Below are positions 38,252 to 48,651 of a stretch of DNA of 64,000 nt, in pieces. Where the stretch lies: NCBI GenBank assembly GCA_964606485.1, contig CAZSGP010000003.1:334854-398853 (forward strand). The letters run 5' to 3'. The stretch comes from an uncultured Planctomycetia bacterium. Lineage in GTDB: Bacteria > Omnitrophota > Gorgyraeia > 2-02-FULL-51-18. The notes under the pieces are model-generated. The model worked only from the letters and a program-made list of their open reading frames with translations, was not told where the DNA came from and searched no databases. Numbering within the stretch: the first letter of the stretch is position 1; each line of letters opens with the position of its first letter. The position numbers and the translations under genes are program-made.

Positions 38252-41200
38252 CTAGTGTTGGATTTTTTGGGTGATCTCGTTTTCAACCTGGTAGGAATGC
38301 TTCTCGAACTTCGAAAAAATTTCGTACGCGCATGGCACCACAAAAAGCGTAAGGATCGTCGACACCGTCACGCCTCCCACCACCGACACCGCCATCGGCG
38401 TAATGGTTTCAGAACCTGCGCCAATCGCAAATGCCGCCGGAAGTGCGGCCGCCACGGTCGCAACCGACGTCATTAAAATGGGTCTTAAGCGGATCGGGCA
38501 TGCGTCCAGTAGCGCCTTGCGCACGTCCATCCCCTGCCGTCTTCGCTCATTGGTAAAATCAACCAGCAAAATGGAATTCTTTTTCACAATGCCCATCAGT
38601 AAAATCAAACCGATCATGCTGTAGAGATTTAGCGAATTCCCGCTGAAATATAGCGCCACAAAAGCACCCGTCACGCTAAACGGCAGCGCCAAAAGCACAG
38701 TCACCGGGTGCAGAAAACTATTAAATTGCGTCGCCAAAACCATATACGCCACAAAAATTCCGAGGATCAGCGCAAAAACCATACTCTGATTGGATTCTTT
38801 AAGCGCTTGGGAGCCTCCCGAAAAAACCATGTGATAGTCTCCTGGCAAAACTTTCTTTCCGATTTTCACCGTCGCGTCCAGCGCTTCCTGTTGAGATTTT
38901 CCGGTTGCGGGGTTTGCATATATGCTAATGGCTCTCTCGCGGTTTTTCCGCGTAATCGAAAAAAGCGTTGGCTTCACTTCCGACGTCACCAAATTCGACA
39001 GCGGCACGAGCTCCCCTTGTTGATTGCGCACCCAAATTTTATCAATGTCTTTCGGGTCCGCGCGATCTACATCCGCCAGACGAACGCGCACATCGTAGCG
39101 CTTTCCGTTGTTGGTAAATTTCCCGTTACGGATTCCGCCGATCGTTGCATTAATCGTATCAGCAATCGAGGATACGCTAACTCCCTGGCTCGCGGCCTTT
39201 TCACGGTCCGGATGAATTTGAAGCTCCGGCATCCCCAATTGATAGTCGGTATCAATGTCAGTCATAAGGCCCGTCGCCTTCATCTCTTTCATGATAGCGT
39301 CGCCATACTCGCCAAGTTTCCGCCAGTCCGGGCCGCGTATCGTGAACTCAACCGGAAATCCACGCTGGGCCGTAAATCCCGAGAGGGACAAATCCTGCAT
39401 GATTGCGCGCTGTACATTGGGCAAAGCGCTCAAGTTTTTGCGCACCTCTTGCATGAACTCCAACTGTGTTTCATGGTGGCCTTTGACCATAGGCCGTTCT
39501 TTCCGCGGCTTCATCGTCACAAATAAAAATCCGGTATTAACTTGCCCTCCGCCAAACCCACCGACCGCCGCATAGTAACTTTCCACTTCCGACTGTTTCA
39601 TCAAATACGCTTCGGCTAATTTAAACACCTCATCGGTTTTTTCAATGGATGACCCCAGCGGCAACTTGATGCGCGCCATAAACCGGCTCTGGTCCTGCGA
39701 CGGCACAAATTCTTTCTTCAGAAGCGCTGTGAGCCCCAGCGACGACACAAAAATGAGCGTCGAAAGTGCGAGCACCACTTTACGGTGATTTAAACAAAAC
39801 AACAGCATCGAACGGTACCCTTCGGTCAAACGCTTGAGCTGCCCATCAACCCAATGCCCCAATTTGGTGTTGTGTCCCACATCCAAAAACTGCGAGCATC
39901 GCATCGGCGCAATCGTGAGCGCCTCCAAAAGCGAAAAAAGCACCGCTACCGAAATCGTGACGCCAAATTGGAAGAAAAATTTCCCAATCGTGCCCTCCAT
40001 AAAAATCACCGGTATAAAAATCGCTAAAATCGCAATCGACGCCGCGAGTGCTGCAAACGTAATTTCCCGCGCGCCTTTAATGGCGGCCTCCACGCGTCCC
40101 ATCCCCTGCTCCTGGTAGCGGGAAATATTTTCCAAAACCATGATGGCGTCGTCGACGACAATTCCAATCACAAGAGACAGTCCCAGCATCGTAAACGTAT
40201 TAATCGTAAAACCCATCAAATGAATCACAAAAAATGTCCCTAAAATCGACGTGGGGATTGCAAGTAGCACGTTCACCGTCGCGCTCCATGAACCTAAGAA
40301 AAAGAAGCAGACAAGCGACGTCAATACCACCGACAAAATTAAATTAAATGTAAGCTCGTGCACCGACGCTTTAATGAATTGCGTGGTGTCAAACACCGGC
40401 TTTAAAATCATTTTCTCCGGCAAGCGGTCTTTTAATTGCTTCACTTTATTCAAAACGCCGCCCGCAACGGCCACCGCATTTGTTCCGCGCTGTTTCACTA
40501 TCCCTAAACCAATGGCCGTATTTCCCCAGCTTCTAGAAATGCGCCGGATGTCTGCAAGCCCGTCTTCAATTCGGCCCACGTCAGACAGTTTTATGGTTTT
40601 CCAAATCGGTCCGCCACGCACACGCTCCGGGATAATAATATTTTCAAATTCCTTCGCCGTCAGCGCTTCGCCGTACACGCGCACGTTCATTTCCTGCGCG
40701 CCGGTGTCAATGTAACCCGCCGGCTTGTCCGCGTGTTGAGAGCTAATCGAGCGCAAAACGTCTTCCACGGTCAGTTCGTTCGCTTTTAGCTTGGTCGAGT
40801 CAAGCCACACGCGCAAATTCGGATCCACATACCCACCCAACCTCACTTCGCCCACACCTGCCACCGACGTAAATTCGTCTTTTAAATTTTCGCTCACATA
40901 GTGCGTCAAATCCTTGAGTGACCGCTCACCCGACAGTGCTAGCCACATAATGGGCTGATCTTCTGGATTCGTCTTCGTGACAACTGGCGGGTCAATGTCT
41001 TTGGGTAGATTTCTTTGGGCTTGTGAAATTTTTGTTTGTACGTCTTGAAGGGCTGCGTCAATGTTGCGGTTAATATTAAACTCGATTGTTACCTGAGCGT
41101 TTCCTTGGCTTGAGACCGAGGTGACTTCTTTAATGCCTTCCACGCTCATCACCGCGTCTTCCAGAAAATCCGTGACTTCGGTTTCCATCACTTCAGGAGC

Positions 41201-41362
41201 GGCGCCCTCCCATGAAACCGATACCGTCACCACTGGAAAATCAATGTCCGGCAACTGACTGACGCCTAAGCGGGTAAACCCAATCCATCCAAACACAAAA
41301 ATTCCGATCATGAGCATCCACGCAAAAACCGGGTTTTTTATCGAAAGATCGGAAAGCGTCAT
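38252..41362 (-). CDS. RND efflux transporter permease (AcrB/CzcA superfamily)
   Basis: 1036 aa with 12 TM helices and two large periplasmic loops. Confidence 0.9.
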   Translation of the reverse strand: MTLSDLSIKNPVFAWMLMIGIFVFGWIGFTRLGVSQLPDIDFPVVTVSVSWEGAAPEVMETEVTDFLEDAVMSVEGIKEVTSVSSQGNAQVTIEFNINRNIDAALQDVQTKISQAQRNLPKDIDPPVVTKTNPEDQPIMWLALSGERSLKDLTHYVSENLKDEFTSVAGVGEVRLGGYVDPNLRVWLDSTKLKANELTVEDVLRSISSQHADKPAGYIDTGAQEMNVRVYGEALTAKEFENIIIPERVRGGPIWKTIKLSDVGRIEDGLADIRRISRSWGNTAIGLGIVKQRGTNAVAVAGGVLNKVKQLKDRLPEKMILKPVFDTTQFIKASVHELTFNLILSVVLTSLVCFFFLGSWSATVNVLLAIPTSILGTFFVIHLMGFTINTFTMLGLSLVIGIVVDDAIMVLENISRYQEQGMGRVEAAIKGAREITFAALAASIAILAIFIPVIFMEGTIGKFFFQFGVTISVAVLFSLLEALTIAPMRCSQFLDVGHNTKLGHWVDGQLKRLTEGYRSMLLFCLNHRKVVLALSTLIFVSSLGLTALLKKEFVPSQDQSRFMARIKLPLGSSIEKTDEVFKLAEAYLMKQSEVESYYAAVGGFGGGQVNTGFLFVTMKPRKERPMVKGHHETQLEFMQEVRKNLSALPNVQRAIMQDLSLSGFTAQRGFPVEFTIRGPDWRKLGEYGDAIMKEMKATGLMTDIDTDYQLGMPELQIHPDREKAASQGVSVSSIADTINATIGGIRNGKFTNNGKRYDVRVRLADVDRADPKDIDKIWVRNQQGELVPLSNLVTSEVKPTLFSITRKNRERAISIYANPATGKSQQEALDATVKIGKKVLPGDYHMVFSGGSQALKESNQSMVFALILGIFVAYMVLATQFNSFLHPVTVLLALPFSVTGAFVALYFSGNSLNLYSMIGLILLMGIVKKNSILLVDFTNERRRQGMDVRKALLDACPIRLRPILMTSVATVAAALPAAFAIGAGSETITPMAVSVVGGVTVSTILTLFVVPCAYEIFSKFEKHSYQVENEITQKIQH

Positions 41363-42660
41363 TTATTTTTTTCCTTGTCCCACAACTGACCACTCATGAC
41401 TTTCAATCTCCAGTAGTCTTTAAACATTTCATACCGCGCACCGGTGTAGCGGCGTTTCACTTCTTGAAATTTTCTAAGCGCGTCCAGCACGTCCAAATTA
41501 TTCACTAAGCTCGAACGGTATTCGTCCATTTGAGATTTCATGTCCTGCTCAGCCGCATCTGCCGCCTGTGCCAGCGCCGCTTCGCTTCGAATGGACGAAT
41601 AAAAATTTTCGAACGCATCTTGAATTTCTCTCTGTGCTTCGCGCTTCGTCTTCGAAAGCTCTAAATACGCCTGCTGTTTCAGCGCCGCGGCAACTTTCAC
41701 ATCTCCCACCGTTTGCATGCCGTCAAAAATGGGCACGTTCAGCGTCAGTGTCGTGTCCCAGTCTATTCCCGACTGAAATCCCACGCGTTTCGTGTACAAG
41801 TTTGCGTCGAGGCTGGCACTCGGCAAAAATCCCGCCCTCGCCACAATCACATTTTTTTCCGCCAAATGAAATGCTTCTTCCACCGCCTTTACATCCGAAC
41901 GTTGGTCGTATCCGGTTATATAAGAAGTCACATCTTGTCCGTCCTTTGAGTACATCTCGGAACTTCCGTCCTCAAGCTCTTCGGTAAGCGGCCGACCAAT
42001 GTAAAACTCAAACAACGACTGCGCAATTTTTTTAGCGCGCTCCGCTTCTATACGGTCTGCCTCCACAAGCTTCATGTCGGCAATTGCGCTCTGCACTTCA
42101 CTCGAACGCGAACGACCTGAATTCACCCGCTCTTTTAATTCCCCAATCCGGTCTTCCATCGCCTTGTGAATCGCGTCCAAAACTTCCAAATTTTTTTGAG
42201 TCTGCAAAAGCGTGTAGTAAGAATCTGACACGTCCACCCACAAAAGCTCTTCCGCTCTCTGCCTTTCAAAACGTCTTTGCGCTTTTAGCGCGCCCGCTCC
42301 CGCAATCGCCGCAAATTCTTTAAATCCTGAAAAAAGTGGCTGGCTGATGGTGAATTTATTTAAGGGCGTCGTCCGTCTTAATGAATTTCCCGTGAGCGAA
42401 GAGCTCCCGCTGGAGGAGGAATTTTTTTCTACGTCCTGCTCCATGCGCGTCATCACAAATTCCACGTCCGGCATCAGCACGTTCATGGCCTGGTAAAAAT
42501 GCCCCTGCGCTTCTTCGACAATTTCTTTCTTTTGGCCGATGGTTTCACTCACCTTCAAAGCGGATTGATACGCTTGTTCCAATGTCAGCGTTTCCTGAGC
42601 GAATAGTGGAGTCGCAATAAATGAGATTGTTAAAAAAATAAATGTTATCTTGTTTTTCAT
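41359..42660 (-). CDS. TolC-family outer-membrane efflux protein
   Basis: 433 aa with a signal peptide and OEP repeats. It overlaps the RND gene by 4 nt. Confidence 0.8.
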   Translation of the reverse strand: MKNKITFIFLTISFIATPLFAQETLTLEQAYQSALKVSETIGQKKEIVEEAQGHFYQAMNVLMPDVEFVMTRMEQDVEKNSSSSGSSSLTGNSLRRTTPLNKFTISQPLFSGFKEFAAIAGAGALKAQRRFERQRAEELLWVDVSDSYYTLLQTQKNLEVLDAIHKAMEDRIGELKERVNSGRSRSSEVQSAIADMKLVEADRIEAERAKKIAQSLFEFYIGRPLTEELEDGSSEMYSKDGQDVTSYITGYDQRSDVKAVEEAFHLAEKNVIVARAGFLPSASLDANLYTKRVGFQSGIDWDTTLTLNVPIFDGMQTVGDVKVAAALKQQAYLELSKTKREAQREIQDAFENFYSSIRSEAALAQAADAAEQDMKSQMDEYRSSLVNNLDVLDALRKFQEVKRRYTGARYEMFKDYWRLKVMSGQLWDKEKNK

Positions 42661-43277
42661 ACTTTCTTCCGCGCTTTCACAAATTCAAACAGAACCGGCA
42701 GGAACGAAACGAAGATCACGACAATTACAACCCAATGAAAATGCTTTTCAATATTCGGAACCGTCTTTCCCAAAAAGTACCCGATCGATGTCATGCTCAA
42801 AACCCAGACCACTCCCCCGATCACATTGAACGATAAAAATTTTCCGTAGCTCATCTGCCCCACGCCGGCCACCGTCGGTGCGAAGGTCCTTACAATCGGA
42901 ACAAAACGAGCAAGAATAATCGTCTTTCCGCCGTAGCGCTCAAAAAAATGCCGCGTACGTTCCACATGTTTCTTGTGAAAGAAAAAAGAATCTTCTTTAT
43001 TAAAAATTTTCGGCCCCAAAAAGCGCCCGATCATATAGCCCACGCTATCCCCTACAATCGCCGCGGCGATGAGAAGCACGTTGAGCCAAACAATGTCCAA
43101 GTGCCCTTGCGACGCCACAAGCCCTGCGGTCACGAGTAGCGAGTCTCCAGGCAGAAAAAATCCCGCCAAAAGCCCCGTTTCACAGAAAACAATGATCGTG
43201 ATCACGGTGTACCCGCCCCAGGCGACGAGTTGATCTAAATGGTGGAGCTTAGAAAAAAATTCGGAGAGAAATTCCAC
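42657..43277 (-). CDS. DedA/SNARE-associated family membrane protein
   Basis: 206 aa, with FLPGDSLLV and GKF...G motifs. Confidence 0.75.
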   Translation of the reverse strand: MEFLSEFFSKLHHLDQLVAWGGYTVITIIVFCETGLLAGFFLPGDSLLVTAGLVASQGHLDIVWLNVLLIAAAIVGDSVGYMIGRFLGPKIFNKEDSFFFHKKHVERTRHFFERYGGKTIILARFVPIVRTFAPTVAGVGQMSYGKFLSFNVIGGVVWVLSMTSIGYFLGKTVPNIEKHFHWVVIVVIFVSFLPVLFEFVKARKKV

Positions 43278-44395
43278 TAAAAATTCATTGCAAGGCCGGC
43301 ACTGCTGGACCAGCCGGTGTATTCGAGCGCAGGATTATTGCAATTGTTTTGCTTATAGAGATAATTAACGTAAACCGATAGCGTTTTGTTCAGTTCGATT
43401 GTCATTGTCCCGCCTACATAATAAAAATCGTGCTCTTCTGTTCTTGATGACGTGGTTTCGAAAACCCGCGAATCATATTTTTTAAAATCGTATCCTGTGT
43501 ATCCTACCACCGAAAGCCCTTTATAAATTTTTTGATATGCAAAACCGCTCAACTTCCAACCTTCGTAATCGTTGTAATCATTAAAAAGATCATTGGCATC
43601 GTTTGACTTCCATCCGGCCGTCAATCCCATAAAGGTGTTCTGCCCGGGAACAAATCTCAAACTTTCTCCTGCTTCATAGTAGTAATCTTTCCGGTCTAAA
43701 TCGGGGTCGTTCAAACCGTTCGCAAATAAAGACGGCAAATACTTAAAATCCTTCATCTCGATCAAGCTGTACGGCAAATGCGCAAGCATTGGCGTCAACA
43801 CATGAGTGATGGTCGGCTTAAACCGGTAACTAAAATAAGTTAATCCATGATTGGTCGGATAATCCACCACCGAAAACTCCACCGGTAAACGCAGAGCCAA
43901 ACGATCGGAAATCGTTTCCTCGTCCGCCGCCGTCACCGTCACGATGTTGTAGCGAAAACGTTCGTAGTTTTCGTAATTGACCCAATCATCATAAACTTCC
44001 ACGGAGATTTTTCCATTGGAGGGAATCAGAGCTAGATCCGGCCGGTCCCATTTAATCGAGCCGTAAGCCGTACTTTCAGAGTAAGCATCCCCGCGGCGAC
44101 TTGAATCCAAACCCACATTGCTGTCGTATCCATAAGAATTACTGAAACGCATCACCCAGTTTTTAACGGCTCCCGCCGCCTGCTGATCAGCTTGGCGCTT
44201 TCGGGACTTGGCGATTTCTTCGTTCACGTACTGGCTAAAGAGAAGTCTTTTCTCAGCTTTTTGTTCTTGGCTTAATTCGGAATTGGCATCAAGTTCGACA
44301 GCAAAAGCGCGTGGCGCAATCGCTAGGCCTGTGAGCAGGCAGGAAAAAACAAAAATTAGGTATCGACTAAAAAAAAAGCGCCGTGTCATCCCCAA
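43277..44395 (-). CDS. Putative outer-membrane beta-barrel protein
   Basis: Signal peptide, alternating hydrophobic pattern, C-terminal ...GLAMNF ending in Phe. Confidence 0.5.
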   Translation of the reverse strand: MGMTRRFFFSRYLIFVFSCLLTGLAIAPRAFAVELDANSELSQEQKAEKRLLFSQYVNEEIAKSRKRQADQQAAGAVKNWVMRFSNSYGYDSNVGLDSSRRGDAYSESTAYGSIKWDRPDLALIPSNGKISVEVYDDWVNYENYERFRYNIVTVTAADEETISDRLALRLPVEFSVVDYPTNHGLTYFSYRFKPTITHVLTPMLAHLPYSLIEMKDFKYLPSLFANGLNDPDLDRKDYYYEAGESLRFVPGQNTFMGLTAGWKSNDANDLFNDYNDYEGWKLSGFAYQKIYKGLSVVGYTGYDFKKYDSRVFETTSSRTEEHDFYYVGGTMTIELNKTLSVYVNYLYKQNNCNNPALEYTGWSSSAGLAMNF

Positions 44396-44440
44396 AATAA
44401 TAACGGATGATACGGCGCAATGGCAAGTATAAAAGCTGTC

Positions 44441-45613
44441 TTACGGCCCGCAACCGCCGCCCTGCGGATTCTGCTGGCAATAAATATGATGATTCACGCA
44501 GTTCATATCCGCGCACCCAAACGGCAACGTCGTTGTTCCTGGTGGCAGATTAAATTTATTCGGGTCAAATCCAAACGTGCCGGGCGTCACCGTTCCCGTC
44601 GCCACCGGCGTTCCTGTTCCCGGAGCCGTTCCATTTAATACTTCGTGCGGAATCACCTTCTCCCCAGGATTATCATTAAACCTTGTCATCGGCGGCGGCT
44701 CTTTCATGAGATTGTTTCCACCACGATCCGCTGAATTTGGTCCCTGCGGTCCACCAGGTGTGCCCCCATCGCCGCCAGGTCCGCCTCCGTCGACCTTAGG
44801 ACGATGATCATCCCCGTCTTTCGGTGGCGCAGTTCCATCGGTTGTGTTGTTTGCAGGGGCTCCGGTGCTTGGAGCAAACGGCCCGCGAAGCACCATGTCT
44901 TGCTCCACCGTTTTCACATCCGGCGCAAAACTTTCTCGACCGGCTTCTTTTGCTTCTTTGATGGCAACTTCCATCCCACCGCTTTTTTCGTCCACACGCT
45001 TCATTTCATCGGGACTCATTTTTTCAGGCACGCGCGGAGCTTCGGCAATCCCTTTAATCTCTGTCTTCTCGGACTCTTGAATCATGGTCCGATCCATCAA
45101 TTGTCCCCCTTTATCAAAACTAAAAACTTCTACCGGTGAGGGAGAGTAATTAAAAACCTTCGTTTCCCCGCCGCGATGCTCCGTAAAATACTCCGACCCG
45201 CGCACCGCTGCAACCGCTACAGGTGTTTGAATTTCAAAAGTAGTGCCCTTGGGAAGCCGGTGAAGCTTGGCAAAAATATCCCCTTCTTTCATCTTAAGCC
45301 CCGTTGGGTAAATGGACTTGATCGTCACGTCCGAATTTTCACCGATGCGTGTAATGTTGTTCCACTGCTTGTCGTAGGCGACGTCCACATAAGAACCCGC
45401 TTCGACTTTAAGCTGATCTCCTTCTTTTAAGAGATCCCCTTCTTTTACAGGCTTAGTTTCATTTGCACTGACCACGCTGGCTGTTCCCTGCACCGTCATA
45501 ATTTCGCAGCGATAGTCTTCTTCCGAAAACGCCTGCGGCAGTCCCATTAAATTAGATAGTAAGATTGCGCCGATCATCAACAAATTGAATTTTTTCATTT
45601 CTAGCTCCCCCAA
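44441..45613 (-). CDS. Secreted FecR-domain-like protein with a Gly/Pro-rich C-terminal tail
   Basis: Signal peptide plus a FecR-like beta-sandwich segment. The C-terminal ~120 aa are low-complexity G/P/T. Confidence 0.5.
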   Translation of the reverse strand: MGELEMKKFNLLMIGAILLSNLMGLPQAFSEEDYRCEIMTVQGTASVVSANETKPVKEGDLLKEGDQLKVEAGSYVDVAYDKQWNNITRIGENSDVTIKSIYPTGLKMKEGDIFAKLHRLPKGTTFEIQTPVAVAAVRGSEYFTEHRGGETKVFNYSPSPVEVFSFDKGGQLMDRTMIQESEKTEIKGIAEAPRVPEKMSPDEMKRVDEKSGGMEVAIKEAKEAGRESFAPDVKTVEQDMVLRGPFAPSTGAPANNTTDGTAPPKDGDDHRPKVDGGGPGGDGGTPGGPQGPNSADRGGNNLMKEPPPMTRFNDNPGEKVIPHEVLNGTAPGTGTPVATGTVTPGTFGFDPNKFNLPPGTTTLPFGCADMNCVNHHIYCQQNPQGGGCGP

Positions 45614-45745
45614 AAATGTCCCTAGTATGAAAGTATACCTAACTATTGATAAAATTCAATAGCTTCAATAATAATTTATAATAATTGTTAATAGTTACAT
45701 ACTTTAAAATCTTATTGATTTATCCTCAAATCTGCGGTAGGCTTA

Positions 45746-46306
45746 TTGCAAATGAAGGGTCTCGGTCAGAAAATCAAAACGCTCCGCAAATTTAAGCGCA
45801 TGACGCTGGTCGAAGTGTCGCAGAAAACGGGCATTGATCCGGCGACGCTGAGCCGCATGGAAAACGGTCGTATGACCGGCACGGTCGATAGCCACTCCCG
45901 GATTGCCGAAGTGTTGGGCATTCGCCTCCCCGATCTCTACGGGGACGTGATTGAGCGCTTAAACCAAGAAAAAGATCAGAAAATCAAACAGAAACTTTCG
46001 GGCTTTTCTCATTCTGACGGAGCCATTGCTGAACTCTTAACCACGTCCGTGATGCAGAAAAAAATGATGCCCACCCTGGTAAAGGTCAAGGGTCGTGGCC
46101 ACACCGAAGGCGAGCAGTACCCCGCTTTTACCGAGCGCTTTGTTTATGTTTTAAAAGGAAAGCTTGAGTGGGCTATCGGAAACGACAAAAGATCACTTAG
46201 CGAAGGCGAAAGTCTTTACTTTGACGCCTCCCAATTTCATCGGGGCACCAATTTACTCGCCACCGAAAGCAAATTTCTTTCGGTGATCACCCCCACCTCA
46301 CTCTAA
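45746..46306 (+). CDS. XRE-family HTH plus cupin-domain transcriptional regulator
   Basis: N-terminal HTH_3 (IKTLRKFKRMTLVEVSQKTGIDPATLSRMENG) and a C-terminal cupin. Confidence 0.75.
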   Translation: MQMKGLGQKIKTLRKFKRMTLVEVSQKTGIDPATLSRMENGRMTGTVDSHSRIAEVLGIRLPDLYGDVIERLNQEKDQKIKQKLSGFSHSDGAIAELLTTSVMQKKMMPTLVKVKGRGHTEGEQYPAFTERFVYVLKGKLEWAIGNDKRSLSEGESLYFDASQFHRGTNLLATESKFLSVITPTSL

Positions 46307-46542
46307 ATAATTATTTTATTTGCGGCGGCCGATTTTTTCGGCGCCAAGCGGATTGTGCTGCAGGAAATTTTTCAGCGGACCGTCAACAGAGCTCTTTGCT
46401 CTCTTAAAGCCTTTGAAAATTCGAAAGAGGCCGTCACTAAAAAACCCGTTCGGCGTCGCCGAGCGGGTGATTTGATACAACTTGTGACGTTTTTTCATAG
46501 TGCTTTAAAAATACATGATCACGCGGAGAAAATCAAGGGGGA

Positions 46543-48651
46543 TCAGCCCCAGGTCGTCGTGACACCGCACCAAATCACATGCGCGTTGTAATCTCCCCCA
46601 TCAAGCCCGCCGCCCGAATAAGAATAAAATGAATAGCGAGGCTCAATCGTAATGCGCGAATTCACAACGTATGTAAAACCGGTGGAAGCATTCATCTCTT
46701 CAAACTCTGCACCGTATGGCAAACTTGCAGAAGAATAATCTAGAAAATTATCAGCAATGGAACATTGGATAAAATTCGTAAACGTCAATTTTTTTGAGAT
46801 CAAAATATTCAGCTGATAATACCCGCCGTACACATCGTTGCTGAGCAATGGGGTCTGTGCAGGGCCCGTGTCAAACTGAACGGGCGTTTCAATGGAAGAA
46901 GTTCTAAAAAAGAGCCCTCCCTTCCCGCGAACCTTTGAATCAAAATTCATTCCGATGTCCAGCGAGTACGTGTTGGAAATAAAGTTGCTGGTTTGAAAGT
47001 TGGATCCGTCAAATACGCTTAAAAAATTGTAGTCTCTTATCCGCAAGCAGTACTTAAACGAAGGGTCAAAAATCCAGAGTCTGCGAATCGCCACCCGCGC
47101 TTTAACTTCATGTGTTTGAATGGCCTGCTCATCGATAAAAGCCGACATAATGCTTGAATTAGTTCCATCCTGGATCTGACGGCCTTTTGTGTGATCGTAC
47201 CCAACGTGATCATCAGAATATTTATACTGACCCGAAAGACTCAAGTTATCCAAAGGAGAAATCTGAAATCCCGGCGCGATAGACCAATCGTTAACACGTG
47301 TCCCGGTTGTCCGATTAACAACATGATCTGTTCCAGTCAAACCTTCCGTCAGATCCAATTGAGTCTGCTCCATTTCAAAATCAGTGTAGAGCGCAGTTCT
47401 AGGAATCCCTTTGTAGCGAATGGATCCCCCTTCGCCCACTCGAATAAGATCTTGGTGGGTACTGCTCTGCCAAATCTCATCAATTAAGCCATCTGGCGCC
47501 ACCCCCGCCTCCTCATCATTTGGCGAACGATCAAAGGGGTACCTGGAAGAGCTCTCCCGACCTGATAATTCCGCTCGAACCTTTGCATCCAGCTGCAAAT
47601 CTTTCAAGGCAATCCACGTTACTCCTCCCGAAAGAATATGCTGGCCCATGGTATTGTTAGCTTCAGCCCCTCGAACCTGACGCGCCTCTCGATAATTGGT
47701 TAAATTTCGATTTTCATCGTATTCATACATGTTCTGTTTATCTTCGTTTCCGACAGCAATGAACCGGTACTGCGCGGAAGTGACCACTTTTTTCTTAAGA
47801 TACGATTTTTCAAGCTTGAGAGCGGTGGTGGCAATTTGGGCTTTTGGATTTTGATACTGGTCACGAATTTTACGAAATGCGGCAAGCTCATTGGGCGTGG
47901 AAAGCCAACGCTCCTCCACCATGAAGCTCGTATCGACAAGTTCTAAACTTTGTTCAGCAGACCACTCAGCTCCCCAAACCACGCCGCTTAAGCGGATATT
48001 GAATGTGTCAGAGGTTTCGTCCAGATTCTTGTAAGTGGGGCTCACATATCTTGTGAGTCCATTTTCGCGAACTCCCGCCCAAGAAACAAGAGACTTAGAG
48101 CCATCCTTTGTGCGGCGCTCGTAGCCGAGCTGAGTCTGAGGTCCGTGCTCACCCAGTTTAAATCCAATCTCGCCTCTCAGATGCTCCACATCCATTTTTA
48201 AATCTTGATCCAGATTAATTTTCTGAAACCTGGAAAACTGAGGCAAACGGCCTCCGGCCGTGTCGTAATAGGATCGGAAATTATTCATATCAATTTTGAC
48301 ATACGAATTTTCCCCTGATTGATATTTTGCATGAGCCTGATAATCATTCTCGTTAAAAAGCACACTCCCCTGGCCTTGAAACTGATTATTTTTCCAGGGG
48401 CTGTAATTGATGCTCACGTCTTTTAGGCCGCCCGAATAGCCGTCCGTCATCCAATTTTGTTGTTTAAATTTACTGGAGCTCTTATCAACGGTTACGTAGC
48501 GACCCGAGTCGGGTATAATTTTTATCTCAGGCACACCACCTTCAACCGCATAGGCCGCGCAAGAAAATGCCACCGTGATAGCGGCCGCTATCAACAGACT
48601 AAGGCTTAGTTGGGATTTAGTATTGCAAGTGATCATCAAAATTTGAACCAT
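46543..48651 (-). CDS. Large outer-membrane beta-barrel, MtrB/PioB-like candidate porin
   Basis: 702 aa, with a signal peptide and Tyr/Gly/Ser/Thr-rich alternating strands throughout. It overlaps the upstream multiheme cytochrome gene by 35 nt. Confidence 0.55.
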   Translation of the reverse strand: MVQILMITCNTKSQLSLSLLIAAAITVAFSCAAYAVEGGVPEIKIIPDSGRYVTVDKSSSKFKQQNWMTDGYSGGLKDVSINYSPWKNNQFQGQGSVLFNENDYQAHAKYQSGENSYVKIDMNNFRSYYDTAGGRLPQFSRFQKINLDQDLKMDVEHLRGEIGFKLGEHGPQTQLGYERRTKDGSKSLVSWAGVRENGLTRYVSPTYKNLDETSDTFNIRLSGVVWGAEWSAEQSLELVDTSFMVEERWLSTPNELAAFRKIRDQYQNPKAQIATTALKLEKSYLKKKVVTSAQYRFIAVGNEDKQNMYEYDENRNLTNYREARQVRGAEANNTMGQHILSGGVTWIALKDLQLDAKVRAELSGRESSSRYPFDRSPNDEEAGVAPDGLIDEIWQSSTHQDLIRVGEGGSIRYKGIPRTALYTDFEMEQTQLDLTEGLTGTDHVVNRTTGTRVNDWSIAPGFQISPLDNLSLSGQYKYSDDHVGYDHTKGRQIQDGTNSSIMSAFIDEQAIQTHEVKARVAIRRLWIFDPSFKYCLRIRDYNFLSVFDGSNFQTSNFISNTYSLDIGMNFDSKVRGKGGLFFRTSSIETPVQFDTGPAQTPLLSNDVYGGYYQLNILISKKLTFTNFIQCSIADNFLDYSSASLPYGAEFEEMNASTGFTYVVNSRITIEPRYSFYSYSGGGLDGGDYNAHVIWCGVTTTWG

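Noticed and set aside
38708-39526. 272-aa plus-strand ORF
   Set aside because: It is antisense within the RND permease gene. Its His/Arg-rich translation is typical of reverse-strand artefacts.
46316-46498. 60-aa basic ORF (MKKRHKLYQITRS...) downstream of the beta-barrel gene
   Set aside because: No recognisable motif (it is not YidD or L34, and has no Cys). It overlaps the convergent terminator region, so it may be spurious. Not reported as a feature.
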